The position numbers were made by a program, and so were the translations under genes. From positions 45,830,464 to 45,894,463 of the forward strand of contig NC_043011.1 in the NCBI RefSeq assembly GCF_006345805.1: a stretch of 64,000 bases of DNA. Direction: 5' to 3'. Source of the DNA: Octopus sinensis (taxonomy: Eukaryota). Shown here in pieces: positions 60,885-64,000 of this stretch. The notes beneath the pieces are model-generated. The model was given only the letters and a program-made list of their open reading frames with translations. It was not told where the DNA came from and searched no databases. How positions within the stretch are numbered: position 1 is the stretch's first letter; every line of letters starts with the position of its first letter.

Positions 60885-63800
60885 TAGATAGATCAGTATA
60901 ATTAAGTATACTCTTCTCTAAATTTCAAAAGCTTATGTTAGAAATATTTATTGTATATAAAGTTTTTTTTCCTTTAATATTCTCAATCCAATCCTCCTTT
61001 GACAGAGTAAATTATACAACAAGAAAAGTCAGTTTATTTTTGTGTATCAGTTGAAAATGAAGTCACAAGGTAGAGAGGACAAACAGCCCAACTACTTAAT
61101 CTGAAGACCATTCTTTTCACAATGGACTTCATTCATAAGAAAAGAAATCCTGTTAATTATAGTAAACTGTAAAGATATGCTTTATCATTAATATTATATT
61201 TACCAAAGTTGCTTGGTTGGTCTCACCATATGTACATACGTTGTTAAGAAATACTGCATATTCTGAATACTTAAAGCTATATTCACAGTTTTAAGCATTT
61301 GTATGAAGTGTATTTTTGGAGTGATATTGAGTATTCAGCTTTTTGCGTGGCTAAAATTTAGAAAACTCTTCTCTTCAAATATTATCTCCACGTATTTTAG
61401 TATTTGTTCAGAGAAGAGAATTTTTTTTAAACATTGATTTTCCTTACTGATGAACATTAAGATAATTTGTGTTATGAGACTACCAGCATTGATCTTAAAA
61501 CTGTCAAACATTTTACAATTCATGTTTAGTAAAATCAATTAGTATAAAACACTGGAAACAATATTGATAAAGAATTGTTCCTTGCTATATCTTGTATATG
61601 ATATGTCATCTGATAGAGTGGTTTGCATGGAGTAAAATATTGAGAAGTATCAATAAGTACTATTAAAAGAATAATCAAATTATTGCAGTGACATAAAGCT
61701 TAAGTGATCAGTCTGACAGTTCAAGTCCTCATATAGTTCCACTCACCCTAACTACTGTCCTAATTTCTCTTAAACCCCAACTCGTACAACATCACCCATA
61801 AATGTGTCTACACCATTAGCTTGAATTCTTCCTTTACAGATATGGCATTTTAATGTATGAGATCCTGCAAGTGAGCTCCTAATTATAGTGATACTAGTAA
61901 GCTCATACCTACTGCCACATCACTTTGGCTGGCATACTGCAAATTACCTCTCTCAAAGCTCTATATAAATCAGTATGTTCAGATTCCATAGTCTTACTTA
62001 TTACTCTAGAATATTTCTTCAGGCAGACACAAAGACCTTATTTCTTTGTTATCATCAGTTAAGAAAAACAGCTTGTAAAATTTATTAAATTTGCTCCCTT
62101 CTTTAAAATTAAATCTATTTATTTACTTCTAAGTGTTTTATTAACTAAGCTTATCGAATCAATGGAATTTTATTTACCCAAAAAGGAAATATATTTAAGG
62201 CCACGTCTAAATGTTAGCAAAATAATTTAAAAAGAGCATATTCTGTCCAATATATTAATTCAAAATTATAAATAAAAGTAAAATAAAACATCTCTATATG
62301 CTTCAAGCTCTACAAAATTCATGTTCACATTTCCATATAATGATGTAAGTACTGGATTTCTTTTTAAATTTGTAGAAGAAAAATATAAATTGAAAGGTGT
62401 AACTTGAACCAAGCTTCATTTCTTGGATGAGTAGAAAGGAAACTCTTTTGGTATTAAAAAGATGGACTGAGAGTGTAAGAAAGTCAAGTAGGAGTATATC
62501 TGTTTGTATATATATATATATGAGTGTGAGTACAAGAAAATAATAGCAACAGCAGCAACAATGAAAACTGTCAACAAATATAAAACAAAGTACACCAGTA
62601 TCAAAACAGAGAGAAGAAGAAGAAAATAAAAAGAAACCTATCAATATAAAAATAATATATTTGTGAAATATATGAGGCTATTTAGCATGAAAGCTTTTCT
62701 AAATGTTTCCCACTTGTAGTATAAAGTAGTGTCTCAGCTTTTTGCTTATCCATTGCACTATATTTATACGTGTTGAAAGGGACCAACATTTTTAGCTTGA
62801 TGAATTCTTTAAAAGCTGTCTGCTTCATTATTTGACCCCTTTCAAATAAAATACACTTATACAATTGTTCTGTAGTTTTTCACCTAAGAATGTTCCAGAA
62901 TTAGACATCTTTTCGATGACCAAAAGGTACTGACCTATTTACTTTTCTAGTGACATTGTTTTCCATTATATAAAAGCAGAGCTATTAATAAGACACATTA
63001 TAAGAATTGTCAGGATAGAAACTGCAAATTCTTGTTTATCAACATACAAACAAGACATCAGTTTCAAGAGAAAACACATTCATTATCCTTAAACACTGTC
63101 ATTAAACAATGAATGTTGTCCATATTTCAATCACAATAATGTCTGTCACTTCTCTTCAGGCCTACAGTTAGACCTCCTGTAGTGGTCATAACAGTGATTT
63201 TTTTTTTACATTTTTTTTCTTTTGATTGCCAGAAAATGAACAAAATGAAGAGAACTACACTAAATCTATAATTGATAACCAATTTATAGTTATTTTGTCT
63301 TGACAGAAGTGGAAAAATGTGACTATTTGAATGCTTGGCGTTTCAAATATAATTAAGAATGTACTATTTAGAAAGTAAAGTTAACTGACGTCACAAAGTA
63401 TTTAAATACAACTAGAAAGTCCTTCATGTCTAAATGAACCTTGGTTACATATTTAGTGTGACATTATGCATTAAACTATCTGGTGTGTTCATTTGCTTAA
63501 TAAACTTGTCTTAATGAATATTTTACAAATACAACATTTAAACACAAATTTAGAAAGACGAAAATGTCTTCAAGTTTCAGCAATATAGCAGTATAGGTAT
63601 GGAAAATGGATGCACAAAACAAATGATATGAAATTAATTCCAGTAGAGAGGAACTTTAATAAAACATGGCAATCTCAACAAAGAATCCTTGAAGACATTT
63701 CAGTCTTGGAGAATGTGAACGCATGCCAAGTATACAATAAATTACTGGGTTCACGAATAGTAAAAAATTAATTGAAATTATTTGTCTAATAAACTAAGTG

Positions 63801-64000
63801 AAAATTAAAATGAAGAAAAAGAGCAAAACAACCAGAGATAAAACAATAAAACACATCAATTAGCTTATGCATGCATGCACACACACACACATGCGCATGC
63901 ACATGCACACACGTGTACACACAAACACGAGCATACACAAACTCTCACAAAGAGTTGCTTACGTATATTTATATATGTATTTGCTTATATATATATATAT

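Noticed and set aside
59879-64000. The upstream KCNIP exon (expected ...TKF...ELQ.LYRGFK)
   Set aside because: Manual minus-strand scanning, including ORF 62303..62644, found no match. The exon presumably lies beyond the window.

Overview
This is an AT-rich, microsatellite- and SINE-laden animal genomic window. The repeat families look like Octopus/coleoid cephalopod, which is my inference from family recognition. There is one host gene, on the minus strand: a Kv channel-interacting protein (KChIP/KCNIP, neuronal calcium sensor family). Its last five coding exons are at 59809-59878, 51971-52041, 48022-48234, 45511-45573 and 40381-40428. Its 5' exons lie beyond the right edge, and it probably has a long 3' UTR. 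The rest is transposon-derived: a full-length but dead mellifera-type mariner, RTE LINE fragments, several tRNA-derived SINE families, piggyBac/hAT/mariner MITEs, a mini-Helitron and other relics. Three things stand out. (1) A set of minimal type I hammerhead-ribozyme motifs of the Penelope-like-element kind; several sit in both arms of 230-320 bp palindromes, and a block holding two such palindromes is tandemly duplicated (about 1.28 kb). (2) A 4.4-kb GC-rich, strongly strand-asymmetric array with a unit of about 70 bp (20907-25343), unlike anything else in the window. (3) A mariner/RTE chimera at 17906-18975 in which the two elements alternate collinearly across four junctions, with short duplications or microhomology at the joins. 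All coordinates and counts were read by hand. Ribozyme activity, transcription and family names are untested.
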